Shown: positions 1 through 14,289, numbered from the stretch's first letter. The stretch: 64,000 bases of DNA from Marsupella aquatica (GCA_973895155.1 OZ316895.1:24309538-24373537); one strand, 5' to 3'. The notes: generated by a model from the letters alone, not told the origin. A program made the numbers and translations.

Positions 1-226
1 GAAGTGCAATTATTGCTATATATACACGTTCACTAATTCTCTTATTCAGAATCAAGGTCCCCAAAAACTGGCCCGGAGAGGCATGGATGTGTGGTAACTC
101 ACTTGAGTTGAGACTTTCCCTTTCTGTGGAGTTTAACTCATTTACCCTAAGTAAACTATTTTTTTTCAGAAAATGTCCCCAGGAACCTTAGCCTGAGTGC
201 CCTGTTTAAGGATAATTAGCTAGAGG

Positions 227-345
227 TAGCTAGAGGTGAGACTGTTTTGATTGTATTTACAAGGGTAATAGCTAGAGGTGAGACTGTTTTGATTGTATTT
301 ACAAGGGTAATAGCTAGAGGTGAGACTCTTTTGATTGTATTTACA
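227..345. repeat. Tandem repeat, 42 bp x ~2.8
   Basis: TAGCTAGAGGTGAGACTGTTTTGATTGTATTTACAAGGGTAA at 227, 269, 311. Confidence 0.95.
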
Positions 346-3300
346 AATATGTCATGTTTTAGTGTATAGCGACCCTGGTCACCTGGGCGAACTTGTCCTC
401 CATATCAGTGGCATAGTTGTGAGAAAACACAAAAACTATGGCAGTATTGTCAAGTGAAACATCTTTACTCACAAACTAGTCAAAAATTGTTTAAATATAA
501 TAACAGAGATTATAGCACATTGTGATTGCAATAGAGGGGAGACAGATGACTGTACCGCACTACTACGTACCACTGTGGTATTTGTGAAGAGAAGAGTGCG
601 CTGCGAACGTCAACGACACGCTTTTTTCTCCTCCAAGCACACTCCTTCTGGGCAACGCTCAACACCGTTACACTGCTAATCGAGATTCCCCATCGCCGCC
701 AAAGTATGAAACGGGCTGTCCTGACCCATTGTGCAACGCTTTGCTGCTGGAAAGGGTCCAAGGCTCCAGTGCCGCACATCGTCTGCCGCATCCACAATTC
801 TATGAGAACACCAAGTTGTCGCATGTACAACAACGATGGTACTGGGAGTCATCTCTCAATTGTCTTTGTAGACTAACGCACATCTTAGGAAAAAGAGGCC
901 GTCCGTGTTCTCAATTGAAGCAGATGAGATGGGAGTTAAGGAATGATTACGCATTCGCAACATGAAGTGTAATATCACATTAGAAAATATGCCCTGGACA
1001 TAATTATTGCTCATTCGAATTCTTCTTTCATACGTGACGCCATCCTCTCTCTGTGATAGTCATGTAATCTCGATCGCCCACACATAGCAGCCCGACCTAT
1101 GTGCCGCAACATAAGCGAAAAGAATCTACAGTAGGTGGAATTCTGAGAATCGAATTTGACCAATCAGGTTAATTAAGCCATGTAGCGCCGATGCGGCAAG
1201 GGATGCTACGTAGGGACAGCCCCTAACAAAAGGGCATTTGGATCCGGGTCCCACCTAAGAATTTGGAGGAGAGTTGACTAATATGTTTAATATATTCAAT
1301 CATTTTTTTCATTTTTTTGGGAGAGGGCAATAACAGCAGGTTATGCTGTGAGTTGGGATCCAGTATGCAAGCTTGTGACTCGGATAACAAGGTTCTGACA
1401 CGTGTGGTGGCTAAAGACTATACAGAAAATACCTTGTACTGTAGAGAATATGTTCATGATAAGAGGTGGGCAAGAGCAACAGACTTAGATATTCATTGTG
1501 GTTGTTTATCAAAGTCATTTTCTACGACAGGGCTCGGGCCTTATCCCAGCCCACACTGAATTGAAGGCTTGAATTTAAGGCTTGCACTTGTAGTACGTCG
1601 CATTTGGGGGAAATTGTTTAATGTTGGATCATGAATAGCAAGTGTGTATGCTGACAGCCTTCCTCTAAAGTCCCTCGTGTTAATCCTTCCTCGTGTAAAC
1701 TGGATCACTGTCTATGCACCAGCCTTTTTTCTAGCTTGCGACTTGAGAGGGGTGAGACAAATCAAACAAACAAAGATTCTCTGTGAACTCTCTTGGCCAT
1801 TTCCCCAAGCGAGTGAACTATCAAGCTATTCACTTGATCGAATGGTGAACCAGAAATTCCAGAAATTTCCTGAGGTTGAGAATATTTCAATATGGAAACT
1901 AATATAGGATCAATGGGGAAGGGATCTCCGTAAGAAACCTTCGAATGAAAGGTTGCATAAGGTCATGCAATTGTTAAATACGGTAGGGTGACATTGAGTA
2001 AGAAAAGCTTTATCGATCTTGCATCCAAAGGAGCATTCCAGGATCTCACCAAAGCTTGTAGCTGAGGTCGAGATCCCATCCTAGCTTATGACTCTCAACC
2101 CCCAGCTCTCTTCTAGAATTTAGAGAACATGGTTGCTTGGCGCTAGCATATCTTCACTTTGTTCTTCGCGGAATGATCGATGTCACACAACTGGTCTTTT
2201 GTCCGCAGCCAGTGCCTTCCTCGACACCGCCGTGCATGAAAGGAACGTGTAAAATAATGCCGATTCTGGTGCGGCTTCAGTGGGCATGCAATCCAAAGAG
2301 GTCGTCGATAAAGCCTGATCCTGTTCACTTTCTCGAGGCTGCTGCTCAATCTCTCCGTCCAGAACAGTGGCTAGTTTTGTTTGCATGGATGCTGAATAAT
2401 TGATGATGAAGCCGACGAGAAGTGTTCCGATTTCAGTTTGGGCTGAGAGTTCGAAACCTCAAACGAAAATATTCTGATGCTCCAGCTCCAGCTATAGCAG
2501 CTGGCAGCTGGCTGTCCAGATGGATATCTTTTAGCTGCTGATGCGGCCTAACTGAGTACTGTAAGTGTTTGACTTTGTGACGGGAGTTTGTAGCTGAGGT
2601 CGAGATTGAATGCTTTCGAGGACATGTGGTGAGCCAAACTGGGTAACTGGCCGGGCTGCCATCGACGGCATCATTATTAGCTCTACGTTCTTTCTCGTTC
2701 AAAGATCCACAGCGAGCGAGAGAGACGGATGGATGTATAGCAAGCTACCAATTTACTTGGAAACCAAGCCAGCAACATCCGTGTAGGTACAAAACAATCT
2801 GAGTATCTTTGTTTCACACGGACCCCAAGTTGTCTAGCTAGTTAGATACGAATTTTTAATAGTTATTTATTTATCATGGCTGGATGGAACTCAGGTAATA
2901 GAAAACCTCAAAGAGGAGGTCTTTAAAGCCTGTGGAGTGGTATAGAGCCATCACACAGTCAGGTAGATACATCCGATACAGCTCCAAGCCCTTCAAGATG
3001 AATGGACAGAAGAGAATTGCATCTTAGCTGGAGGGATTTCTATTCTGACCCATCAACTTCCTTCATCATTCTTGATTTCCTTTTCTAAATGAAAGGGAAA
3101 CCCCCTAGGGCAGGCTCACTTCCAATACTTCTCAGATCATGTGAAGAAAGTCTAAGGGGCATTCCAGGGTTAAATTTCTTCATTTGTAGGAGAGTACTTA
3201 GAAGTAGTCAGTGAGGAAGTAAATAATGGGGTATCTATTCAAGAAGTGCCATATACATGTTATCACATGATCACTCGTCTGTCGTGTGTCGATATATATA

Positions 3301-3540
3301 TGATTGGTACTTTGCAAGAAAATCTGTTACAGAAAAAGCTGTCTTTGCCCTCAAAACATGTCATTCAATTGAAGTCTACCCTTCTACTTGATTTGGGGAT
3401 GGGTAAGTTTTGCACATAGGAGTGAAGATACTCTATATACTGATATACATGTATTTCTTGTATTCTCTACTACTGGACTGTGAACCCAGTTCACAGCATC
3501 ACCGTGTACTGCAACTATACTCTACCCAAATTGTGAGCGC

Positions 3541-3614
3541 AAACAATTTGGCAGTCTCGGACAAACTCAGAAGGGTTAAACAATTTGGCAGTCTCGGACA
3601 AACTCAGAAGGGTT
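3541..3614. repeat. Tandem duplication, 37 bp x 2
   Basis: AAACAATTTGGCAGTCTCGGACAAACTCAGAAGGGTT twice. Confidence 0.95.
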
Positions 3615-4724
3615 ACCTGTAACCTTTGCCATCCGAGGAAGGGGGAAGGCATGTTGTGCGTACTGTTTTACATGTATTGACCTAAATATTGTAATCCACT
3701 GCATCAGTCGAATTAACATGATCTGCATTCGTAGACTCTTTCAGATGCCTCAACAAGCTTCATTTTACTATAAAAGCGGCAACTGAAGGCTACTCTTAAG
3801 GGCCTATGTCTAGAGTGAAGCCTCTAGACCGTAACTCCTCAAACAGACAAAAGTTCAATAAAGTCAAAATTTTAAATGAGGATGGACAAAAGTGACATTC
3901 ACTCTAAATAAAGATAAAACTGAAAGGAGGATGGACAAAAAACAAGGATCATGGGGCAAAGACTATATAAATTTCATTGTGCAAGAGTTTTCTTCATATC
4001 TATTTATGTTCAAGGAGGCTAGTACCTTATAAAGTGGAAACACACAAGGCATAATCATCAGCCCCCAAGCATGCGCGCAGTCATCCATATCCACGTACTA
4101 AGAAGAAAATACTATAAATCCAAACTAAGCTCAATTGTTTTTTGACAAACAACACTGAGATTTGGCTCTTGTCATTAGCATAAATGCAACCAGTAACTAA
4201 GGTGTCAGCAGCTGATTTGCCATTGAGTCTTCACACTGGCTTTCAAGTGATGTGCACAAGCTGCATGGATTTTACCTGATGGACAAGATAGAACAGTAAC
4301 ACACAGAAATTGTCTGCAGATAACGTGAGACAATAAAGGCTTGGAGCATGTTCTATGAGGGCGCGCTAGCTAGCAATAAACACATCAAGACATTACTAGT
4401 CTTGCATTCAAATGTTTTTTAAAATCCTTTGTTGTTGCAGTCTTGGCTGGCCCTAAACCATGCAGTGAAGATCAAGGTCAAGTTGCTTGCACTCGCATCT
4501 TGGGTAGACTATAGTCATAGTCCACGGTGATGCAATGAACTGGGTTCATGGTCCCAGTAGACTTCGAGAATACAAAAAATACATGTACTTTCTGTCCAAA
4601 AGTGAAAAGGGGGTAGATTGGGTACGTAACAAATAGGCTTTGGGGGTTGACTGGGGCAGAAAGAGTCAGATGGGGGTTGATTAAGCATAAACCTCAAAAA
4701 ACAGTAAAAATCTAATTTATTTTC

Positions 4725-4808
4725 TTAAGTTTTAGGGTGTTTATTACTTGAAAACTTTGCGCGTGATATGGACCTGCCTTGGAGTGAGGCCCCCAAGAGT
4801 TTAGTGTA
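4725..4808. repeat. Dispersed repeat with an inverted copy at about 37916-38003
   Basis: TTTTAGGGTGTTTATT...AAAACTT...TGATATGG...CCTTGGA.TGAGGCCCCC matches the reverse complement of 37916-38003. Confidence 0.5.
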
Positions 4809-5493
4809 AGATTTATAGAGATTTCTGACATAAGCTGAGTGCGCATGGTTTTTCTTTGTTTTTGTTTGTTTGTTTTTGTTTTTTTTTGTGGGGGGGGGGG
4901 GAGGTGGGTGGAGGGTTTACTTCAATAAAGTGGCCCATATCACGTGTGACAAAGTATAGGGCCATTAATCAATTTTGACAGAAGATTAAATTTCAGATTC
5001 ATTTGTTTAATTGCAAATGCATGTACATGTATAATCACGTGATTGGTGGCGTACAACGTTATAAAAAGTGACTTAGGGTTTGCACGTGATGTATGGCATT
5101 CTATAAGAAATTGTTGGCTCAGACTATATAGCAAATGCAAAATTAACACACAAACACACTCAATCAGACATCACTAGTGAAGAAACTTTGAAGGATCACA
5201 TGAAGGATCCATAGCATATGGGAGTAAATATGAAGAATGAGGGAGATAATGCTCTCCTTCTAACCTATATCCCTCAGGGGGGTGACACATGTGGGCCTAG
5301 TCTAAGTGAATCTTATTCTAATGTAATCAAGGGTTAACTAACACTAGTAAGGCCAAACTAACTATAGATAAGAACTTGAGTAAGTCCTAACAGCTTCCAT
5401 ATGGCAAGCCATATGGTGACCCCCGGAGCATGGGGTCCATGAGTCAAGCACGAGCCTGCTGGTACAATGACCCAGATCTCGGCCCAATTTTAC

Positions 5494-5770
5494 CCCGGGT
5501 ATGCAACTCCCTTTTTCATAAGGCAAGTTTTTAACTCCTTACAATTAATTGCCTTATATCCAATTGACCATCTTAGATTTCATTTCAGTCTACTCAAGTC
5601 TTGTACCTCTCAACTCAAGGAATACAAAAATGTTAGTTAAAACAACCAAAAACATGGTTTGATGTACAAAAAGTTGATCAAAACAATATTATATGGCTTT
5701 TTTTTAATATAGGGGTCTACAGCCAAACTAGCCAGCTTTTTAGGATTTTCTTAAAATTTTATAAATCTTT
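5494..5770 (+). mobile_element. DNA-transposon-like terminal segment; inverted homolog at 24790-25053
   Basis: CCCGG(G/T)TATGCAACTC...GCCTTATATCCAATTGAC...AGATTTCATTT...CCAAACTAGCCA...TTTTTAGGA is shared in opposite orientation. Both copies start at the same boundary. Confidence 0.55.
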
Positions 5771-6724
5771 TAATAAAAATTACAACATTAAATGCTAGTG
5801 TTTCTATAGCACTAGCATCAGATTCACAATACACCCCTTCTATCTCAATTGTCTGCACAAGTTGCTTGGAGCCTTCCAATATGAAAAAATAACTACAACT
5901 ATTGAAAAACTCAATTTTGCAATTTTGAGGAACTATCTATCATTTGCTACCAATGAGGACGGTGGACAATGATGAACCACAGTCACAAGAAAAGATGCAT
6001 GTCTTTATATTTCTTAGATCAACAAATGAGATCAAAAGTTTGAGATTAATTGTGATGGTGTGCACTGTCTTTCACCGGGTTGAACTTTTAAGATCTTCAT
6101 GATTGATCTTATTTATGTGCTATTGGGGTCTGGCCATAGCATCCTAAGATGCATCAAAAGAGATTTTTAGTATGATTTTGTTGTCCGAAACCAGTGTGGG
6201 CTAGGATTATCTACTTTGCTACCTAGCTTTGGGATGTACTGACTACAGAAATTGGAAAAATGTCTTTCCCAAAACTTTTGGATTATTCTAGTCATACCAA
6301 TCAGATGAAAGGGATTGAAGGAATTAAAAAAGAAGAAGATAGGAATTGGGGACCAAAGAAAAGTATATAGCGGAAGGTTAGTGTGATCAGGAACGGGAAG
6401 AAATTTGAGGTTGCAAGTTTAGGTTTCACAAACACACTATATATATAATCTTCTCATTCAACCCTCAACAATGGCCACAAAAAATAATGTGATCAACTTC
6501 ATTACTTTTAGACCAAGCTTCTCACTTATGTTTGGCCTTGAGCTCACCTTCCTGGTTGTTTGCAACATTTGGGTTGAAGTGTGTGCCACCAGATGACATT
6601 GAGACCTGTGTAATAATTCGGGTAATAAAGTACAATGGAGGTCTGCTCAATTTATATAAGTGGCGAGACAAGGGTAGTGCTTGAGCCAGGCGGGAAAATG
6701 AGCTCTAATAACCTTTGTCTATTA

Positions 6725-6973
6725 GAGCGTCTCCAAAGTTACAGGCTGTTAGTCAGGCGGAGAGTTTCCTGTGCTTAAAGTGTGCAGTACACCAAGTTGG
6801 ACACTTTTTTGCCCATCCATTTTTGCTAGTGCAGGCCAACTGGCCACATGTGAACCCTTTCAAAGTCCCCCACCCCCCCTTGGTTACACACGCCCGAAAG
6901 CCACCTCCCAGCCATAGTTTTGGCCACAATTGTTTTGTGGTCAGTAGCCCGAACCACAAAGATTGAGAAGCCC
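6725..6973. mobile_element. Possible Tourist-like MITE
   Basis: Imperfect TIRs GAGCGTCTCCAA / TTGAGAAGCCC related to the family above, flanked by TTA/TAT. Confidence 0.35.
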
Positions 6974-8197
6974 TATTGCTTTCCTCACCAACATTAATGA
7001 GCGGTCCACAAATCTATTTATGTGTAGTAAGTCCTACAGTAAGAAGTATTCGTTTTACGTGGCGGCTCGATAGAAATTTCCACTCTACTCCTAAAAGCGA
7101 CGGTCCAGATATCCTCAACTCAACAGTCAGTCCTTAGATTACTTTTTCGATTATCCACAGTGGTTCTCCGATTTTCGCGCTCCCTGGTCGGTCCGTTACT
7201 TCTAGTCCAGCAGACAAATGCCTGCTTTACAGGTCGACTGTTGGTTACCAGATTTAGATTTAATCAATGCCAAAAACCCAGCTGGTACCCGAACGCATGC
7301 AGGCCGTAGATTCGGAAAAATAGAAGGCTCAGATTGATACTCTCTATGCAAGTAACGCGGTTTACCCCGCTGTCAAGATTTCGTGCTTCTGGCCATTGGG
7401 TAACCACATACCATACAAGACCGACAGAGGAAAGTTTTCATCGAATAGATTGACCAATTCTTTCGAATGCCATCTCTTCAGGACGACGAATTTTTTAGGT
7501 GTGGTCTGCTCTCGAAGAATTCTGGCTGCCCACTCCACGTGCTCATTGTCGCTGGCATCGAGAGCTGGAAAGTAGCTGTATTTGGTGTCATTCGGAGCTT
7601 ATTCGTGTCACATATTATAGGATAGAGCTCCCCATCATTTCCTACATTCGTTTGGAATAATATCTGTATGTAATAGGTGTAATCTGCAGCTATCCGCAAT
7701 CTCACTGATTTCATAACGTTCTTCTGGAAAATGTGCCTCGTATCGATCTCTCACGTTCGTCGTTTGAGCGGAGAAAGATTTTCGTTCACAATTCGTCTGC
7801 TGCTGCAATGGCTGCAGTCTCAGTATTATAACTGACGTGGTTCTTGTGCTTAATTGATCGAGAGATCTCCATCACTCCGGAATTATTACGTTGGAAGCAT
7901 CGGATTCTTCACGCTGCAATTCCCGTCGGTTGAAGCTATCGATCCCCCCCGGAGGTACACGTCAAATTCCGATTGTACCAGAGAGCCAACTCTTGCGAAA
8001 TTGTGACCAGGTCCGTGTGCGTGGGCGCGTCCATGGTGATCGGCTCATGCAGGCATTTGGAACACGTCGTCGACGACGACGGCTGCTAGGAGATTGAGCT
8101 AAGATAAGCCCGCTTTAGATAAATCGATAGGAGCGTGCTGGAAAATACTGAGCCAAGACTCCAAGAATTGCATCGTCAGCTCATCGAGGAATACGCA

Positions 8198-11100
8198 ATG
8201 GCGAAATCGACGGATTTAGCAGTGTTCCTCGTACTGGGAATTGTTTCGTCAATGCTGAATACAGAGGGCGTCGTGAAAGGGGCGCAGGGTCAGGTGCTCA
8301 GCGCGGACTTCTACAACACGAGTTGTCCACTGGCGCAGCAAACTGTCCGGAACAGGATGATCTTTCACTTCAAGCAGGACAGCTCGATCGCTGGCCAGCT
8401 TCTTCGTCTCCAATGGCACGACTGCGGCTGGACGGTATGTTCCCATGAGCTCCCAGTTCAAGGCCTTCGTCAATTGATGCAATTCATGCAGCATAAAATT
8501 TGAACCATCTATTTCTAAATTATACCTTTAAATTACTTCAGGAGTACTCGAAAATCTCTCGATCCCCACCCTAGCTTAAAAAAAGTGAAGAAATCTTATG
8601 GAGTCTCGAATTGGCTGTCGGAAACCCCTTTTTTAAATGATAAGAAGGTTGAATGGTGGGGGATGCCAAGGGAATGCTCGAATGGGAATGCTCGAACGTA
8701 AAATCCAATGGAAGGTAACTAGTGAATGATTTCAGCTAAAAGATTCTGAGATATAGCAACTCACAGATGAAAGTGCTTCGTGGAAATTTTGATCATGAGA
8801 GGAACAAGGCTACCCTTGATTTTCCTGACAATTTGTAATAGAAGGTTTCAAGATGAAAAGATACAACATGAGAAAACGCGCGCTTAGGGCGCCCTTTCGA
8901 GCTCAGTTGGTCCTAGGGTTCACCAAAACTACGATGAACTTGCTGAGTTTGAGACTTCCATCATTGAACTCAAGTTTGAGCCGAGTACGTTCCAAGTTTC
9001 CATCAAAACCTTGATAAATTAGTAATCATTCGGAACTAGACAGGAAATTAAGTATCTAAATGATGGAAAAAACGCCTGATTCATTCGGAACCTCTCACAG
9101 CTCAACTTCACAACTTTCGAGCTCAATTTGAGGCTTTCAGTGAAATCACGATGGATCACAGCTCGCCCTAAGCTTTCACTGCGCGAATCATAATGAGTTA
9201 GATTTCTGGCAAAGTTTAGGAATTTAACAAATTCTTGGTCACGACGTGCACGTCACCATCTAAGTAGTTTGAGAATTTTGAACGAAAAATGCATAATTAG
9301 CTAAAGTAGGTCTGTCGATCAGCAGCTGGGATGATCGGGCTCGGTAATTATACATGGGCTGGGTACGTAATCGGCTCGGAAGTTTCCACAGTTATGACTC
9401 AAATATGTCCTAATGGGTGGAAGCATATGCGTTCATGAATAATGTACATGCAGGGCTGTGATGCGTCGATTCTGATAACTGGACCCCAGTCCGAGCAGGG
9501 GGCAAGTGCGAACCTGTTGGTGAAGGGGTACGACGTCCTCGACGACATAAAAGCACATCTGGAGGCGATTTGCCCAGAAGTCGTCTCGTGTGCGGATATC
9601 ATAACCATGGCCGCACGCGACAGCGTGCTCCTGGTAAGTTCTACACAAGTTAATTCTTGTTACAAGTGTCCAACTTACGATCTGTTACCCATCGATTGAG
9701 CAGTTCACCGTCTTTATATAGACTTCAGAAGAGATTCATATCGACAATGGCCAATAAGTTAGTCTTTTCCTTTGCACTACCACTGATCGATGAGAAAGAC
9801 CAATTGCCTCTTCCTTGTTGATGGGAAGCTTTCCCTTTCCGTTGTTTTGCAGACTGGCGGTCCTAATTTTTCGGTACCCCTCGGTCGTTTCGATTCTCTC
9901 GCCCCCGGTATCAATGTGGGCCTGCCAGGTCCGGATGACACAGCAGACACCATTACGAACTTCTTCCAGAATCTGGGTCTCGATGCCACGGACACCACCG
10001 TTCTCCTAGGTAACTTCTGAAACTGATTTCTCATTCTAAGAACACGTTGGATACCATCTTCTGCGAGCCAGTGTGGTATTATGAAATTGGTGGCAAATTC
10101 TTTGGTAGCAAGATTGATGCAGGAGCGAAACTTCAAAAAGGGAAACGAAGCTCAGCAACCAGAGTGACCGCTCGTGCAATTTCTTCTGCAGTTTGAGTAT
10201 CTCATTTTCTGTATCCTGCAGTGTTACGGCAGTAGTTCAGTTTCTCAGACCGGTCACCGTGCATGAATTCTGCTGGACTGGTTTGTCGACGGGACTCTCA
10301 ATGTTGTAGGTCACTTTGTATAGAATTCGAACTGTTGTCCAGCAAAACTAACAAGATACAATCATGATTACTCGGCAGCCGTAAGTTAGAGTATAATTCT
10401 ATCTTCTAAGAGCTACAGGCTGTGGTACTATCGACTGTTGGCTCTGTCTCGATTTTGAGACAACACTTTTCTAATTATTTAAGTCTGATAAGCTTATATA
10501 ATCACAGCGCTGCAGCTGGAGTTTCTCATACTCTTGTGAGCTAGTGTAGTGCTACCAGATTGTGGCTCAGTCCTGTCGAATTAGTCCAGGCACATTCAGT
10601 TAAGAACATGCGTGGCTGCAGCTGGCCTGCAGGGCTTCTACGTCTTATATTACACTCCTGAGCCATTTCGTCACAAAAGCGAATCAACGTTGGTCATGGA
10701 GAGTTTATAGACTTGTTGTTTGCCGATCAGGTGACTACGATAGGTCGGCGAGCGGTTGAGAATGGCGTTGATAGTGCTGGTCGACTTTACTGAGAGAGTC
10801 TGAGTATACTAACATTGCCGTTGTGTGTTTGAACAACGTGTTGCAGGAGCACACACGATAGGGTTGGCACATTGCAGCTCCTTTCTCGGCCGTTTGTACA
10901 ATTTCAAGAACTCAGGCGCACCGGATCCCGCCATCGACCCGACGTTTCTCGTAACACTACAGCAAGCCTGCCCTCAGTCAAGCCAGAACCCGAACACAAC
11001 GGTGGCATTGGACGATACGAGCGGATTGGCCTTCGACAACCATTGGTACGGAATGATGGCGAATGGCCACGGTGTTCTTACAGTCGATCAAGAGTTCAAC

Positions 11101-11379
11101 AACAGCACCTTGACAGCGGGTACGATGAAACAGATGTTGCTCAACGAGACTTTTTTCTTTGAAAGTTTCGCGGCCTCTTTGGTCAAGATGGGCCTGGTTG
11201 GCGTTTTGAACTCGACGACTGGAAATGTCCGAACGAACTGCAGTATTGCGAGAAATTCACCACCTCCTCCTTCACCTTCACCTCAAGTTTCAGCGCCGGG
11301 TCCATCTGGAGTTACACCATCAGCAGGTCCAGCTGCCCAGTCACTAGAAGTTGCACCTCCACCTGTTTCAGGTGGATAG
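8198..11379 (+). CDS. Class III (secretory) heme peroxidase 1, 368 aa; exons 8198-8434, 9454-9633, 9853-10009, 10847-11379
   Basis: GT-AG junctions join in frame (1107 nt). Signal peptide ([16 protein letters not shown]), [43 protein letters not shown], proximal GAHTIG, FDN, all 8 conserved Cys, canonical 3-intron positions. Confidence 0.95.
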
Positions 11380-14289
11380 TTTCCTTAGCGATTCAAAGTT
11401 AACGACGACGGAAAATTAGTCCAATTTTAGGAAGTTAGATGTTGACAATTAATTCATTGTAGGAGTTTCATCGTAGGAGAGCTGTTTAGTTCATAGCTCG
11501 CGGAACAGCAGTTCTGTCACGCGCAGTACGCCGATTGATGTGCTCACTAGAGCATTTGGCAGTAACTACAAAGCAGTGACTCATGACTCATGCTCCGGAT
11601 CGACAACAGAGGTTAGTCCTTAAATTGATTTGTACAAAGTTGATAACCCGAATAATTAGTATCCTACAGAGAGGACCTACTTTATGTCGATAGCCAAAGA
11701 TTTTCATTGCTTTCAATGATCGATCTCAGATAGATGCTTGACACAAGAAGTACGTTTCAAATAGACCCGCCAGGCTGTTAGCAGGCTGGGACTGATCTGG
11801 ATTTCTAGACATTGTATGCAAGGGAGCCCTTTAGTTTTGCCTAGAATGAGTTTTCTACATGAAACAAATAAAAGTCAGGGGTGTTACACGGTCAATTCGC
11901 AAGTTCAACGATCTTGATAACCTAGTGCACGTAGCCCGCCCGGGAACGATACTCCAAATTGGTGGCAGGAGTTGGCTTCTGCTTGCTGCAACAGATTTCG
12001 CATCTTACAGGCATGCACATTGTTTAATTATTGAGTAATTAAGCTAAGTAGCTACTGCAGGCAATGTCGGTCTTCGACCTTGGAGCGTCTTGTATTGATC
12101 ATATGTGAGTACTACCCTTGGGTAGTTGGGAGACAATCGTACTCCTGATCGACCCCAGACGATTACTTATCCGGGTGCCTCGCCCAAGAGAGATACTCCT
12201 GACCGGCAGCAGAATGATCGAAGATTCCTTGTGCTGTCAGCTACTAATCTCGAAATACCTCAAGGGTTTGCAAACGCATCGTTTTTTAGTAACTTAAGTT
12301 GCAGATATGCCCTCCAAATTGGTGGCAGCGAAGGTTTGCTTTGCTTCCAAAATTCTCCGGCGTGGCCTATAAATTACGCGGCTTACTATCTTCTGGGATT
12401 TCATTTTAATGTAATGACTAACAGCATTTAGGGTCATAAGGAACTTTAAGGTCGCTAAACGCGCAAATTATGATCAATTTTCAAGATTCTCTAAAAGCCC
12501 AAAGCTACCCAGCTGGCAGCTCAAAATTAGAATAGGCATTCATTAGCAATGAGGACGATAGTTATTGAATGCCAAGGAACAGCTGGGGAACAACGGGAGT
12601 CCCTATCTGTTACAACAATGCACTGACTCATCCAAATGGGCTCCTGGTTTAGAAACTGGACTACCTAGTACCTAGCCATGTACAGCACTTGATTAGATCC
12701 GAAGTACTGTAAAGCATTGTAATTTGCAAGCACTGTTTACAGAAAGCTTTAAGCAAACGATGCACAGAAATCTTCTCAACGTCAGATGTTTGTACAACAG
12801 TCCGAGTCCTGTTTGAAAATGACAAAAGAGCAAAGATCAGGATGAGTCAGTTTTCGACTCGAAGCTTCAAAACAGAAGACGTCAGATTACAGTCCCCTAT
12901 TACGCTTCCATACAAATTGGGCCATCTGTGTCCGCATGCATCCGGTCGAAGGAAGCGACCCAGGAAGGGATGAGCTGTACAGTAAAATGACAAAATGGCT
13001 CGAAGATGACAGTAAGTACTCATCGTTAAGGCTGCACGGCAAATGACACTAACTTAACGCTTACGCTCTCAGGAAGGCAACCGAGGACATGCACAGCTGA
13101 GGAACGTCATAACCTGTACCATTATTATGAGACAGGCCAAACGGATCGACCAGGACTGGACATATACACAGTCTTTGCTCTGTCCTCCGCGATTTCAGGT
13201 GCAGGGCATCGAAGAAGATAGATAGGGGCCACGAGCAGGCTAACCGGGAGAGGGTTGTATGGCCTTTCGCAAGTTAAAAGCTGTACCTAATAAAGGAGGG
13301 GACAGTAGCTACAGGTCGAGCTACAGTAGTGCATCCTTTGCTTGGACGCTGCACGTACGGCACGGATCCAATACCTCGCCATGGATATACTTGAGGCAAC
13401 GACAACGTGCCTGATCGAGCAGTTCACTGCTGCCCGATCCTTCTAGAAATGTTTTTCTCCCGGGCCCAACATGATTGTAGATGCAATCCAAATGTCTGCT
13501 GCCTTGTGGGGAAAATCTGCTCCCAAACCAAATCTGCTCCCAAACCGATTCGTAGCGAACTTGGGACTCTGGCAGGTCAACGTAGGTTTCCTTGCCAGAC
13601 TATCGGTACCTTCAGGGTCCAGCTAATCGGAGTGGTTACCTGCCCGTTGGTCATTCTTGTATAATTGAGACGCTATTACAGTGGAAAAGTCCAGAATAAC
13701 TATCTCAGGTGAGATGGTGAAGGAGAAGCTCGTAAGTTTTTCGAGACATTTTCATCGGAATTTTTCTTTTCGTCCCCCACCCCTCTTCTGCCCAACCCCT
13801 GGTACCCTGAAATTCCATTAAAGTCGAGTGTGTACCTCATACTATGGACAATGTGACGAGTCTCATAGTTCTCGGAGGGCCAGGTTGGGTGTTATCATCC
13901 GAGCAAACATTTTACCTGCAAACTTGGACGTCTGCAATGTTCGGAGGCTAATAATCTGGGGGCACTTCTTGGAGGAGTGACCGAGAAGCCGGCTTTCATG
14001 AATTGCCTTTTTTCTATTTCTCCATGAAAATTTGGGACCATAGAAAGTATCCCTTAGGGAAGAGGGTTGCTTGGCTCCTGTAGAGAAGATCCACAGACAG
14101 AGCAGTTCATTTGGGTGGGAAGCAGTCCACGTATGCTCTATTACTGGAACGCGGAAGAAAATATTGCGAATCTCTGTTTGAATAATTATCATTGCTTTTG
14201 AAATGGTAAGAATGTAGGAAAGCAATACTAGCGCTCGTGTTGAGAAACCCCGTGGTGTGAGAATTGTAATCTTTCTGCCCTGATCAACA

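Noticed and set aside
227-345. Short direct repeats superficially like a CRISPR array
   Set aside because: Head-to-tail units with no unique spacers, eukaryotic context and no cas genes. The same applies to the other tandem repeats.
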